Shown: in pieces, positions 1-10,084 of the stretch | Position numbering within the stretch: the first letter of the stretch is position 1 | Layout: each line of letters begins with the position of its first letter | Assembly (NCBI GenBank): GCA_963797045.1 | Contig: CAWCNZ010000015.1 | Coordinates: 118,381-150,380, forward strand | DNA from: an uncultured beta proteobacterium | GTDB taxonomy: Bacteria; Pseudomonadota; Gammaproteobacteria; Burkholderiales; Gallionellaceae | DNA: 32,000 nt | Direction of reading: 5' to 3' | Translations under genes and position numbers: made by a program | Notes under the pieces: generated by a model | Told to the model about the DNA's origin: nothing | Database searches by the model: none | Seen by the model: only the letters and a program-made list of their open reading frames with translations

Positions 1-444
1 CTGCCCGGCCGAGCGCCCACCCGGATTGTAGGCGCTGGTGGCGATCTCGCTGCCCACCTCCACCAGCTTGCGCATGATGGCGCGCTCGCGCACGATCTCG
101 GCATAGCGGCGGATATTGGCGGCGGAAGGAACGTTCTGCGCCAGCGTGCCCAGATACACCAGACCACCCGCCTTCTCCAGCTCGGCATTGCTCTCCAGCG
201 ACTCCGCCAAAGTGATGACATCGACCGGCTGGGCGCGTTCGGTCAGACGCCCGATGTGGCGCCAGATCAGGCGGTGTTCATTGCGGTAGAAATCGCTCTC
301 GCTCAACAGATCGGCGACCTTGTCCCATGCGCTGGTATCCAGCAGGATGCCGCCCAGCACCGACTGTTCCGCCTCGACGGAATGCGGGGGGAGCTTCAGG
401 GCATCAAGCTGGGAATCGACGGGGGGAGCGGAATAGTTTTGCAT
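1..444 (-). CDS. dnaB: replicative DNA helicase DnaB, N-terminal part (continues past window start)
   Basis: Minus-strand translation from the ATG at 444-442 reads MQNYSAPPVDSQLDALKLPPHSVEAEQSVLGGILLD..., the DnaB N-terminal signature. The frame is open to position 1. Synteny rpsF-priB-rpsR-rplI-dnaB. Confidence 0.85.
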   Translation of the reverse strand, partial: MQNYSAPPVDSQLDALKLPPHSVEAEQSVLGGILLDTSAWDKVADLLSESDFYRNEHRLIWRHIGRLTERAQPVDVITLAESLESNAELEKAGGLVYLGTLAQNVPSAANIRRYAEIVRERAIMRKLVEVGSEIATSAYNPGGRSAGQ

Positions 445-492
445 GGTGTGGCCGCAAAATTCGGGAAGGAGATTCTACACTTTTCGGAAAAC

Positions 493-519
493 AAAAAAGG
501 GCTGTCGCCAGCCCTTTTT
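493..519 (-). terminator. rho-independent terminator after rplI
   Basis: GC stem gggctg/cagccc (499-504/509-514) with a 4-nt loop, flanked by an A-run and a T-run, 24 nt downstream of the rplI stop. Confidence 0.6.
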
Positions 520-542
520 CTTAACTACATGACAACGCAGGA

Positions 543-992
543 TTACTGCTCGCCCACCACCGACACGGTGACGTTAACGACCACATCCGGGTGCAACGCG
601 ACGGTGATCGCATGATCGCCGATCTGCTTCAGGTGGCCGGTCTCCATACGTACCTGGCCCTTTTCCACCTTGTGGCCTTGTGCCACCAGCGCCGCTGCGA
701 TGTCCGCATTGGTCACGGAGCCGAACAGCTTGCCGTCCACGCCTGCCTTTTGTGCGATCTGCACAGTCAAGCCTTCCAGCTTGGCGCCGCGTGCTTGCGC
801 ATCAACCAGCTTGGCTGCTTCAGCCGCTTCCAGCTCGGCACGGCGTGCCGCGAAATCCGCCACGTTGTGTTCCGTCGCACGCTTGGCCTTGCCTTGCGGG
901 ATCAGGAAGTTGCGCGCGAAACCGTTCTTCACTTTGACCACATCGCCCAACTGGCCGAGGTTGACCACTTTTTCCATCAGAATAACTTGCAT
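543..992 (-). CDS. rplI: 50S ribosomal protein L9
   Basis: 149-aa [39 protein letters not shown]..., typical L9, in the conserved operon position. Confidence 0.95.
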   Translation of the reverse strand: MQVILMEKVVNLGQLGDVVKVKNGFARNFLIPQGKAKRATEHNVADFAARRAELEAAEAAKLVDAQARGAKLEGLTVQIAQKAGVDGKLFGSVTNADIAAALVAQGHKVEKGQVRMETGHLKQIGDHAITVALHPDVVVNVTVSVVGEQ

Positions 993-1002
993 GATCTACT
1001 CC

Positions 1003-1272
1003 TTAGTGCAAATCGGTGTAAGGCAGCAAAGCCAGGAAGCGCGCACGCTTGACGGCCACGCTCAACTGACGCTGGAAGCGCGTCTTGGTACCGGTGATGC
1101 GAGCCGGGATCAGCTTGCCGTTCTCGGTGATCATTTCCTTCAGGATGTTCAGGTCCTTGTAATCCACTTCCGCGATCTTCTCTGCGGTGAAGCGGCAGAA
1201 CTTGCGGCGCTTGAACAATTGACGCGAAGAGCTGTTCTTCTTGTCATCTTTTTTCTTAAATACACGAGCCAT
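1003..1272 (-). CDS. rpsR: 30S ribosomal protein S18
   Basis: 89-aa ORF containing ...[41 protein letters not shown]..., typical S18. Confidence 0.95.
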   Translation of the reverse strand: MARVFKKKDDKKNSSSRQLFKRRKFCRFTAEKIAEVDYKDLNILKEMITENGKLIPARITGTKTRFQRQLSVAVKRARFLALLPYTDLH

Positions 1273-1281
1273 GTTGTGCTC

Positions 1282-1578
1282 CTATCTCAATGTGACGTTA
1301 TCAATGTGCAACACCAGTTGCGCGATCTTCAGGCTGCGCTGCGCCAGGAAACCTTCGGCTCTCACCTTTTGTCCGGGTTGCAGGCGGCTGACTTGCTGTG
1401 CCGCTTCGCCCAGTGCCAGTGCCGGAACATCACACTGGACCTGGCGCTGCATCCCCGCTTCCTGCTGCATCGAGCTGTGGCGCAGTTTGAACGCCACTCT
1501 CGCCAATCCTGCCGGGGTGTAGCGCAAGCCTTCCAGCTCCACCACTTCCCCTTCGATCACACAACGGTTGCTGCTCAA
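1282..1578 (-). CDS. priB: primosomal replication protein N (PriB)
   Basis: 98-aa OB-fold-sized ORF lying between rpsF and rpsR, as in beta- and gammaproteobacteria. Confidence 0.8.
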   Translation of the reverse strand: MSSNRCVIEGEVVELEGLRYTPAGLARVAFKLRHSSMQQEAGMQRQVQCDVPALALGEAAQQVSRLQPGQKVRAEGFLAQRSLKIAQLVLHIDNVTLR

Positions 1579-1585
1579 TCCTTGC

Positions 1586-1978
1586 TTAAGCAGCCGCTGC
1601 CGGAGCTTCTGCTGCCGGAGCCGGTGCTGCTGCAGCTTCGCTGCCGAACGAACGCGACTTCTCTTCCTTCATCATGGCGGAAGGAGCGGTCACCGCTGCC
1701 TTGGTCTTGATGGTCAGGTGGCGCAGCACGGCGTCGTTGAACTTGAATGCGTGCTCGAGCTCGTCCAGCGTGGGCTGGTCGACTTCGATGTTCATCAGCA
1801 CGTAATGTGCCTTGTGGATCTTCTGGATCGGGTATGCCAGCTGGCGGCGGCCCCAGTCTTCCAGACGGTGGATGTGACCGTTCTTGCTGGTCACCAACGT
1901 GCGATAACGCTCGACCATCGCGGGCACTTGCTCGCTCTGATCGGGATGCACGATAAATACGATTTCGTAGTGTCGCAT
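1586..1978 (-). CDS. rpsF: 30S ribosomal protein S6
   Basis: [25 protein letters not shown]... starts at the internal ATG 1978-1976, preceded by aaggag. The tail is Ala/Pro-rich. The longer track ORF start at 2029 is unlikely. Confidence 0.92.
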   Translation of the reverse strand: MRHYEIVFIVHPDQSEQVPAMVERYRTLVTSKNGHIHRLEDWGRRQLAYPIQKIHKAHYVLMNIEVDQPTLDELEHAFKFNDAVLRHLTIKTKAAVTAPSAMMKEEKSRSFGSEAAAAPAPAAEAPAAAA

Positions 1979-2062
1979 TACATCTCCTTGTGGATTAAAG
2001 CCCCCCGACATATGTGGACGGTGGAGCAAGGGTTTAAAACTCCCTTTTTCAGGGAGGGGCGC

Positions 2063-2090
2063 ATTATAGGGATATTCCGTGCTGCGTCAA
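2063..2090 (-). promoter_or_regulatory. sigma70-like promoter of the rpsF operon
   Basis: On the minus strand: TTGACG (2090-2085), 16-nt spacer, TATAAT (2068-2063). A CTCCCT-GAAAA-AGGGAG leader hairpin follows at about 2040-2059. Confidence 0.55.
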
Positions 2091-2101
2091 GCACTAAGTC
2101 C

Positions 2102-4576
2102 TTAATCCGCCGCGAGAATGCGCAGCGGCGGGCGCAACGTCAGCTTGCGCGTCGCCAGCCATCCGGCCAGCATCACCACCGCCATTCCTCCGCCGCAACC
2201 GATGAACCAGATGGAAGTGTCTGGCTGATAGGGGATTTCCAGCACGAAGCGCGCCAGCACCCAGCCCAGCAGCACCGCCCCCGCGGCCGCAAACAGCCCG
2301 CTCAGCCCCCCAGCACGGCGAATTCGGACAGGTGCAGGCGCCGCAGGTAGCGGCTGTCCGCCCCCAGCGTGCGCAGGATCGCCGCCTCGTGGCTGCGCTC
2401 GTCCTGCGTCGCCAGCAGCGCGGCATACAGCACCGCGAGGCCGGAGAGCAGCGTGAACAGGAACACCGCGCTGACCGTCTGCGCAATCTGGTCCATGATG
2501 TTGCGCACCTGGCCGATCACCGCGCCGGTGTCGATCAGCAGCAGATTGGGGAACTCGCGCGACAGCTCGTCGCCCGCGCGCACCCGGTCCGGCGGCAGGT
2601 AGAAGCTGGAAAGATAGCTGGCCGGGAAATCCTCCAGCAGTTCCGGCGTGGCGATGACAAAGAAATTCACGCGCATCGAATCCCACTGCACCTTGCGCAG
2701 GTTGCTGACGCGCGCGGTGAAGCGGCTGCCCGCCACGTCGTAGGTGAGCATGTCGCCGAGATGGATGCCCAGCGTCTTGGCGATGCCCTCCTCCACGGAA
2801 AGTTCGCCGTTCGCTCCCCTTGCCCACCAACTGCCGCTCACCAGCTCGTTCCACGCCGGCATCTGCTCCATATAGGAGAGGTTGAACTCGCGCTCCACCA
2901 GCCCGCGGGCGCGCGGGTCGGGATAACTGTCGCCGCTGATGGCGCGCTCGTTGATGGCGACCAGCCGTCCGCGCACCATGGGCTGCAGTTCGGGAATCGG
3001 CAACGACTGCCGGGCAAAGAAATCCCGCACCGGCTGCACCTGGTCGGGCTGGATGCTCACCAGAAAGCGGTTCGGCGTTTCCGGCGGCAGCTTGCCCTGC
3101 CAGCTTTCCATCAGATCGGCGCGCACCAGCGTCAGCACCAGCAAGGCCATGCCGCCCAGACTGAGCGCCACCACCTGCACCGCAGCGTTGCGTCCGTGGC
3201 GCGCAAGGTTGTTGAGCGCGTGCCGCCACTGCGCCTGAAAGAAATACGCGTTACGCGCCAGGCCGTGCAGCAGCAGCCACGCCAGCCAGCCGAACACCAG
3301 CAGCCCCGCGAGCAAGCCGCCCAGCACGGTCAAACCCAGCTTCAGCGAGCCCGCATGCCACAGGAACAGCAGCGCCAGCACACCCAGCGCAAGGCCGTAG
3401 ACCAGCCAGCCGCTGGCTTCCGGCAGTCCCAATTCGCGGCGCAGCACGCGCAGCGGCGACACCCGGCGCAACTGCAGCAGCGGCAGAAAGGCGAAACCGA
3501 GCAACAGCGCAAAGCCGCTGGCCGCCGCCTTGAGCAGCGGCAGCACGCCGGGTTGCGGCAGGCTCGCGTCACGCATGGAAACGATGGTCTCGACCAGCAC
3601 TGCCTGCGTGGCATAGCCCAGCAAGCCGCCGAGCAACACCGCGACCACGCCGAGCAGGATGAACTGATACAGGAACAGCCATAACACCTGCCCCTGCTGC
3701 GCGCCGAGACAGCGCATCACGGCGCAGCCATCCAGATGGCGCAGCACGAAACGCCGCGCCGCCAGCGCCATCGCCGCGCCCGCAAGGATCGCCGTGGTGA
3801 GCGCCGCCAGGCCGAGGAAATGCTCGGCGCGCTCCAGCGCCGTGCGTATCTCGGGGCGCGCATCGCGCACGTCTTCCATCTTCTCGTTGCCGGTGAGCCC
3901 CGGCTCCAGCGCCGCGCGCAGACGCCTTCACCTGCAGCGCATCGCCCGCGATGAGCAGGCGATACGAGATGCGGCTGCCTTCCTGCAGCAAGCCGGTGGA
4001 CGCCAGGTCCGCGTCGTTCATCAGCACGCGCGGCGCAAAACTGGCGAAGCCTATGGACTGGTCGATGTCCTTCACGATATGCGCCGCCACCGTGAAGCGG
4101 CGCTCGCCGATGCCGACCTCGTCGCCGATGTTCACCTCGAGACGCTCCAGCAAGCGCTCATCCACCCACACCGTGCCGCGCGCCGGGATGGCCTGCGCCA
4201 CATGATGGCTGCCGTCGTCGATCTCGATCTTGCCGCGCAGCGGATAGCCCGGCTCCACCGCCTGTATCTCGGAGAGCAACACCTGCTCGCCATGCGCCAG
4301 CATGCTGGGGAAGGTGCGGCTCTGCACCACCTGCAAGCCGCGCGCTTCAGCCGATTTGCGATAGTTCGGAACGAACGGGCGCGTGGAAGTGATGCGCAGA
4401 TCGGCGCCGATCAGGCTCTGCGCCTGCTGCTGCAACGCCTGCCGCACGCGGTCGGCGAACAGACCGACGGTGGCAAGACTGCCTACCGCCAGCACCAGCG
4501 CCAGCAACAACACGCGCCACTCCCCGGCACGCCAGTCGCGGCGCAGAAGATTGAGGGAGAGGCGCAGCAAATTCAC
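2102..4576 (-). pseudogene. ABC transporter permease, FtsX/YbbP-like (about 824 codons), interrupted by two frameshifts
   Basis: Three minus-strand ORFs (3569-4618, 2302-3879, 2102-3229) form one colinear YbbP-like protein. Frame breaks are near 3915 and in the C6 run at 2305-2310. The GTG start at 4576 overlaps the upstream ATPase stop (GTGA). Confidence 0.8.
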
Positions 4577-5241
4577 GATGCCACCTGCCCCGCCGCAAGC
4601 CGCAACTGCTTGCCGCATCGTCTCGCCAGCGCTTCGTCGTGCGTGACCAGGATCAAGGTCGTGCCTTGCGCGCGGTTGAGTTCCAGCATGAGTTCGATGA
4701 CTTGCGCGCCGGTGGCAGCATCGAGGTTGCCGGTGGGTTCGTCGGCGAAAAGTATCCTGGGCTGGGTGACGAAGGCGCGCGCGAGTGCGACGCGCTGTTG
4801 TTCGCCGCCGGAAAGATGTTTGGGTAAATGAGTCGCGCGTGCGCTCAGGCCGACCTGTTGCAGCGATAGCTCGGCGCGCTGGCGCGCATCTTTTGCACCG
4901 GCCAGTTCCAGCGGCAGCATGACGTTCTCCAGCGCGTTGAGCGCGGGCAGCAACTGGAAGGACTGGAACACGAAGCCGGCCAGTTCGCCGCGCAGGCGGG
5001 CGCGCCCATCCTCATCCAGCGCAAACAGGTCGGTGCCATGCAGCAACACGCTGCCGCTGCTCGGCACGTCCAGCCCGGCGAGCAAGCCAAGCAGGGTGGA
5101 TTTGCCGGAACCGGATGCGCCGACGATGGCGAGGCTCTCGCCCGCCTCCACTGCGAAGGAGACATCCTGCAGGATGACCAGCGGCTGGTCGCCGCTCATC
5201 ACTTGCTTGGTAAGCCCTGCTGCTTGCACGATAGTCGCCAT
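4573..5241 (-). CDS. ABC transporter ATP-binding protein (YbbA/LolD-like)
   Basis: Walker A GASGSGKST, signature LSGGEQQRVALARA, Walker B ILFADEPTGNLD. Starts at MATIVQAAGL (ATG 5241-5239). Confidence 0.9.
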   Translation of the reverse strand: MATIVQAAGLTKQVMSGDQPLVILQDVSFAVEAGESLAIVGASGSGKSTLLGLLAGLDVPSSGSVLLHGTDLFALDEDGRARLRGELAGFVFQSFQLLPALNALENVMLPLELAGAKDARQRAELSLQQVGLSARATHLPKHLSGGEQQRVALARAFVTQPRILFADEPTGNLDAATGAQVIELMLELNRAQGTTLILVTHDEALARRCGKQLRLAAGQVAS

Positions 5242-5402
5242 GAGACCTTCCTCGAATTCGTTCACTGCTCGACGACAGTTTATCAGCCGGATATGGATTT
5301 GCACGCGACGATTCAGCGCCGGTTTTATTGCAGCAGAAACCGAACAGGTCATCCGCTGTAGAATGCCTTACATTTCCGCAACGCACAGTGCCACGTCATT
5401 CG

Positions 5403-6480
5403 ATGCACCACCCTCATCTCGTCGTTTCCATCTCCGGCCACGGTTTCGGCCATGTCGCGCAGACTGCGCCCATCCTGAACCTGTTGCACGAACGCATGCC
5501 GCAATTGCAGCTCACGGTGCGTTCCGCCGTGCCACTCGGACATCTGCGTTCGCGCATCCACGCACCATTCGCCCATCTGCAAAGCGAAGGCGACATCGGC
5601 ATGGTGATGTCCTCCGCACTGGATGTGCGTGTCGAGGACAGCCGCGCAGCCTATCGCGCTTTCCATGCGGACTGGGACGCGCGCGTCGAGAAAGAGGCGC
5701 ACCTGCTGCGCGAGCTCGGAGCGGACATGGTGTTCTCGAACGTGGGTTATCTGCCGCTGGCGGGAGCGCAACGGGCGGGCATCGCGAATGCGGCACTGTG
5801 TTCGCTGAACTGGTTCGACATCTATCGCCACTACGCCGGCGACGACGACATCGCCACACAGATACATGATTGCTATGCCAAGGCCGATGCCTTTCTGCGC
5901 ACCACGCCCGGCATGGCGATGGAGACGTTGCCCAATCTCGTCCCTGTGGCGCCCATCGCCGCCGTGGGCAATGACAGGCGCGACGAGCTGGATCGTCACT
6001 TGAAGTTGTCGAAGGAAGAGAAGCTGGTGCTGGTGAGCATGGGCGGCATCGCCAGCCGCCTGCCCATCGAGCGCTGGCCGCGCATCGACGGCGTGCGCTG
6101 GCTGGTGCAGGGCAGTTGGCAGGCGGACCATCCGGACGCCATCGTGCTGGAATCGCTGCCGCTAAGTTTCAGCGACCTGCTTTCCAGCAGCGACGTACTG
6201 TTGTGCAAGCCGGGTTACGGCAGCTTCGTCGAGGCCGCATGTAGCGGCACGCCCGTGCTTGTTCGTCGATCGCCCGGACTGGCCCGAATCGCCCGCATTG
6301 GTGGAATGGTTGCAGCGATACGGGACGTGCCGCGAGGTCTCGCGCGAGCAACTGGAGTGCGGCGCGATCCGGGATCCCCTGTTCGAACTGCTGGCCTCAC
6401 CTTTATCCGACCCACCGATTCCAACTGGCGCCGCCCAGGCCGCAGACTGGCTGATGCGCAGACTTTCCCCATTCGGGTGA
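5403..6480 (+). pseudogene. putative GT-B fold glycosyltransferase (GT1/GT28-like), frameshifted near 6258-6261
   Basis: N-terminus MHHPHLVVSISGHGFGHVAQTAPI and CKPGYGSFVEAACSGTPVL resemble MurG/MGT-type transferases. The sense continues in ORF 6259-6480 (FVDRPDWPESPALVEWL...). Total length is 3n+1. Confidence 0.5.
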
Positions 6481-6541
6481 TTGATTTCACCTGCCCGGCA
6501 CGGCAGGATGCAGCATCTTCAATTCCCATAAGTCAGACACC

Positions 6542-6962
6542 ATGATCGAATACATCTTTTTCGATGCCGGACTGCGCGACAAGTTCGTGAGCTATGCCAA
6601 ACAGCATGGCGCCCCCTGCAACACCGTCGAAGACAATCTGGGGCTGGTTGTGGAAGTCTCCGAGGATATCCCTGACGAGCTGTCGGACAAGCTGGAGGAG
6701 TATTACGAGGCGCTGGAAGATGAGCAGACGAATCAAAGCAAGGCGGATGGCGAGCTGAAGAGTCTGGCCGGATTCCGTTTCAACCTGCCGAACGGCGAGT
6801 CGCGCATGCTGCCGTTGCAGACCGACGTGGCGAACCGCCTGCTGGTGCATTTCACACTGGCCGAGATCCAGGCACTTGTTCGAGAACGTGGCGCGCTGCA
6901 CGCTCGATCCGAACGACGAGCATCTGTGCCACATACTCGCCGCGCAGGAAGACAAGAAATAG
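6542..6962 (+). pseudogene. conserved hypothetical acidic protein, frameshifted near 6877-6879
   Basis: The track ORF 6542-7195 runs through a terminator and antisense to slyD. Shifting frame at about 6879 gives ...FENVARCTLDPNDEHLCHILAAQEDKK* ending at 6962, just before the terminator. Confidence 0.5.
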
Positions 6963-6984
6963 GCCATCCTTCGGGCGAACCAGT

Positions 6985-7012
6985 AAAAAAGCCCGCTTGC
7001 GCGGGCTTTTTT
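6985..7012. terminator. bidirectional rho-independent terminator between convergent genes
   Basis: aaaaaa-gcccgc-ttgc-gcgggc-tttttt: a perfect 6-bp GC stem with an A-run and a T-run on either side. Confidence 0.75.
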
Positions 7013-7028
7013 GTTTGCAGTTGGCTGC

Positions 7029-7515
7029 TTAGTGGTGATGCCCGCCGTCGCCGTGCACATGGCCGTGCGCCAGCTCTTCCTGCGTGGCGGGGCGCACAGC
7101 CGGTGACTGTGCCGGAGAATTTCAGCGCCTTGCCTGCCAGCGGATGGTTGCCGTCAACGGTGACTTCGTCGTCGGTGACTTCGGTGACGGTGTAGAGCAT
7201 GTAGTCTTCGTCGTCATCGCCTTCCGCGCCGCCTTCGAACTGCATCCCTACTGCAACGTCCTTGGGGAACATGTTGCGCGGTTCGGCGCGCACGAGGTCG
7301 TGCTCGTATTCACCGAAGGCATCGTCCGGTTCCATGCTGACGGAGAATTTGTCGCCCACCGATTTGCCGTGCAGCGCCTCTTCGACGATCGGGAATATGC
7401 CGTCGTAGCCGCCATGCAGGTAGCTGATGGGATCGCTGTTCTTTTCCAGCAGCGCGCCGCCGGCGTCGGTCAGTTCATAGGTCAGCGAGACAACGGCGTT
7501 CTTTTCGATCTTCAT
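7029..7515 (-). pseudogene. slyD: FKBP-type peptidyl-prolyl isomerase SlyD, frameshifted near 7099-7103
   Basis: MKIEKNAVVSLTYELTDAGGALLEKNSDPISYLHGGYDGIFPIVEEAL.. is SlyD-like. After ...KFSGTVT the frame must shift to give VRPATQEELAHGHVHGDGGHHH* (His-rich tail, stop at 7029-7031). Length is 3n+1. Confidence 0.8.
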
Positions 7516-7994
7516 TTCATTTCCTTTAACAGTTTAATAATTTCCTGGGCGTGCCCGTGCGCATGGACGCCGTACAAGGCATGGCGCAACATTCCCTGCT
7601 TGTCGATGACGAAAGTGGAGCGCTGGACGGCGAGCTTCTTGCGCCCGTCCACTTCCTTCTCTTGCAGCACGCCGTATTGCTTGCAGATAAGCCCATCGAT
7701 ATCGGACAGCAACTGTACCGAAAGACCATATTTGTCGCGGAACGAGGCATGGCTGATGCAATCGTCGCGGCTGATGCCGACCACCAGAGTATCGAGCTTG
7801 TCGAACTCGCGTTCGTGGTCGCTGAACTCGTTCGCTTCCATCGTGCATCCCGGCGTATCGTCTTTGGGATAGAAATACAGCACGATGTTTTTGCCGCGTT
7901 GCGCGCTCAGACTGAACATATGCATGTCTGCATCGGCCAGCTCGAACTGCGGCGCTTCTGTTCCAGCCTGTAGTTGCACAACTTGTGATTGCAT
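7512..7994 (-). CDS. bcp: thioredoxin-dependent peroxiredoxin Bcp
   Basis: YFYPKDDTPGCTMEANEF active-site motif. The start at MQSQVV is preceded by aggagg. The stop overlaps the slyD start. Confidence 0.9.
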   Translation of the reverse strand: MQSQVVQLQAGTEAPQFELADADMHMFSLSAQRGKNIVLYFYPKDDTPGCTMEANEFSDHEREFDKLDTLVVGISRDDCISHASFRDKYGLSVQLLSDIDGLICKQYGVLQEKEVDGRKKLAVQRSTFVIDKQGMLRHALYGVHAHGHAQEIIKLLKEMK

Positions 7995-8069
7995 GGCGCC
8001 CTCCTGCCGGGGCATTTTAACCGAGTTTCATTTTGTCCAAAATGATTTTGCTGAGACTATAATTCCAGC

Positions 8070-9218
8070 ATGGATACCAAATTGACTTTGCTCGGCGGCC
8101 TGACCGTCAACCAATTCCTGCGCGACTATTGGCAAAAGAAACCGCTCCTGATACGCCAGGCGGTTCCCGGCTTCAAAGGCCTGCTCGACCCGCAACAATT
8201 GATCGCCTTGGCCTGCCGCGACGACGTGCAGGCGCGTCTGGTCACTCATCAACGCAGCAAATGGGCATTGCGCAACGAGCCGTTCGAGCCCGGGGATTTC
8301 GACGGGCTGACAAAAAAAGGCAAGTGGTCGGTGCTGGTACAGGGCGTCAATCACTTCCTGCCGAAAGGGGCTGAACTGGTCAAACAGTTCAGCTTCATCC
8401 CGCATTCGCGCCTCGACGACCTGATGGTGAGTTATGCCCCCAAGGGCGGCGGCGTCGGCCCGCACTTCGATGCTTACGATGTGTTCCTGGTACAGGGACT
8501 GGGGCATAGACGCTGGCAGATCTCCACGCAGGAGGATCAAACGCTGATCGAGGGCGCTCCCTTGCGCTTGCTGAAGGATTTCAGGGTGGAGCAGGAGTGG
8601 GTGCTGGAGGCGGGCGACATGCTCTATCTGCCGCCGCATTGCGCGCACAACGGCATCGCCGAGGATGACTGCATGACCTATTCCATCGGCTTCCGCACGC
8701 CGTGGTACCAGGAACTGGCGGAGCAGTTCCTCGTTTATCTGCAGGACCGCATCGAGATCGCCGGCACCTATGCCGATCCCGACCTCAAGACGCAGAAACA
8801 TCCTTCCGAGATCAGTGCGGACATGCTGCAGCAAGTATCGCAGGCGATCCGCAAGGTACAGTGGGATGACGAAGACGTGGCGAATTTCCTCGGCTGCTAT
8901 CTGAGCGAACCCAAGCCGCACATCTTCTTCGACCCGCCCGCTCGACCATTGTCGGAAGCCCGTTTTGCACAGGCAATGCAAGCGCGTGGCGTGGCACTGG
9001 ACCTCAAAACCCAGATGCTATGCAAAGACAGCACGGTATTCATCAACGGCGATGCGCACCCGGTCGGCAAGACCGCTTACCGCGTATTGCGCGAATTGGC
9101 CGACGCACGCGAACTGGCCGGAGTGGACAAACTGCCGCGTGAAGCAGCCGACCTGCTATATCAATGTTATCTGGATGGCTATCTCGCTCCGGCAACAGGC
9201 ACGAAGAGGCGCGCATGA
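8070..9218 (+). CDS. roxA: cupin/JmjC ribosomal protein oxygenase (RoxA/YcfD-like)
   Basis: 382 aa; N-terminus ...FLRDYWQKKPLLIRQAVPGF and GVGPHFDAYDVFLVQGLGHRRWQI (HxD Fe-binding region) resemble YcfD. Confidence 0.75.
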   Translation: MDTKLTLLGGLTVNQFLRDYWQKKPLLIRQAVPGFKGLLDPQQLIALACRDDVQARLVTHQRSKWALRNEPFEPGDFDGLTKKGKWSVLVQGVNHFLPKGAELVKQFSFIPHSRLDDLMVSYAPKGGGVGPHFDAYDVFLVQGLGHRRWQISTQEDQTLIEGAPLRLLKDFRVEQEWVLEAGDMLYLPPHCAHNGIAEDDCMTYSIGFRTPWYQELAEQFLVYLQDRIEIAGTYADPDLKTQKHPSEISADMLQQVSQAIRKVQWDDEDVANFLGCYLSEPKPHIFFDPPARPLSEARFAQAMQARGVALDLKTQMLCKDSTVFINGDAHPVGKTAYRVLRELADARELAGVDKLPREAADLLYQCYLDGYLAPATGTKRRA

Positions 9219-9706
9219 ATGACGCCGCCCTGCAACATACGCAGTTCGACGGCGTGGCCGACTATATCGCCGCGCTGGATACGGTGTGCGCCGCCGCGCA
9301 ACACACCCTGAGCATCTTCGAACAGAATTACGAGGGTATCGGCTTCAATTCCGAAGCGCGCTACAACACCTTGCGCCGCTTCCTGCTGGCCAGTCCGAAC
9401 AATCGCCTGCACCTGCTGGCGCATGACACACAGCATCTGATCCGCTACTGCCCGCGCATGATGATGCTGCTGCGCGAATTCGGCCATGGCATGTTCATTT
9501 TCCAGACGCCGCCGCACATGCTGAACGTGACGGAACCTTTCGCCGTCGCCGACGACGCGCATTACGTGCGCCGCTACCACTTCGACGACACGCGCGGCCT
9601 GCTGGCCAAAAACGACCCGGAAGGCGCGCGCCTGCTCAATTCGCGCTTCCACGAGATGTGGGCCTCGTCCCATTCCGGCGCCTCCGCCACGCGGCTGGGC
9701 CTGTAG
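9215..9706 (+). CDS. hypothetical protein
   Basis: 163-aa ORF. Its ATG overlaps the roxA stop (ATGA), suggesting translational coupling. No motif recognised. Confidence 0.6.
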   Translation: MNDAALQHTQFDGVADYIAALDTVCAAAQHTLSIFEQNYEGIGFNSEARYNTLRRFLLASPNNRLHLLAHDTQHLIRYCPRMMMLLREFGHGMFIFQTPPHMLNVTEPFAVADDAHYVRRYHFDDTRGLLAKNDPEGARLLNSRFHEMWASSHSGASATRLGL

Positions 9707-9853
9707 CCAAAACTTTACGCAGCAAATCGCTCTGGTATTTTCCAACGGAATTGCTAGAATGCTGCGCCTTTTGTAGTAGGAAGGTTGCTGCAAGGGTTAG
9801 GCTTCAATGAACCTTCACTCGATTCGATACTGTTATCCTAGGAAATGTACAAA

Positions 9854-10021
9854 ATGAAAAGCTCTGCTCTGATCGCTGCCCTGTTGGCCCTGTCTCTGTC
9901 TGCTTGTGGTGAAAAGGCTGCTGCTCCTGCTGCCGCTCCGGCCGCTGAAGTTGCTGCCGCTTCCGCTCCTGCTGCTGTTGAAGCTGCTTCCGCACCGGTT
10001 GCCGCTCCTGCTGCGAAGTAA
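9854..10021 (+). CDS. small Ala/Pro-rich lipoprotein (55 aa; not in the ORF track)
   Basis: MKSSALIAALLALSLSAC has a lipobox (LSAC), followed by an AAPAA-rich tail. An alternative in-frame ATG lies at 9845. A strong terminator follows. Confidence 0.6.
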   Translation: MKSSALIAALLALSLSACGEKAAAPAAAPAAEVAAASAPAAVEAASAPVAAPAAK

Positions 10022-10036
10022 GCTGAAAAGCATGTT

Positions 10037-10066
10037 AAAAAAGCCGACGCAAGTCGGCTTTTTTAT
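10037..10066. terminator. bidirectional rho-independent terminator
   Basis: aaaaaa-gccgac-gcaa-gtcggc-tttttt, between the lipoprotein gene (+) and the MBL hydrolase gene (-). Confidence 0.75.
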
Positions 10067-10084
10067 TGCCCGCAAATTTCCCCC

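Noticed and set aside
670-1710. 346-aa + strand ORF across the ribosomal protein cluster
   Set aside because: Antisense to rplI, rpsR and priB, which are unambiguous.
2332-3684. 450-aa + strand ORF (also 3794-4831 +)
   Set aside because: Antisense to the clearly homologous YbbP-like permease. The arginine/glutamine-rich composition is characteristic of shadow ORFs.
8028-8981. 317-aa minus-strand ORF
   Set aside because: Antisense to the roxA/ycfD-like gene, which has a convincing cupin/JmjC sequence. No motifs and no RBS.
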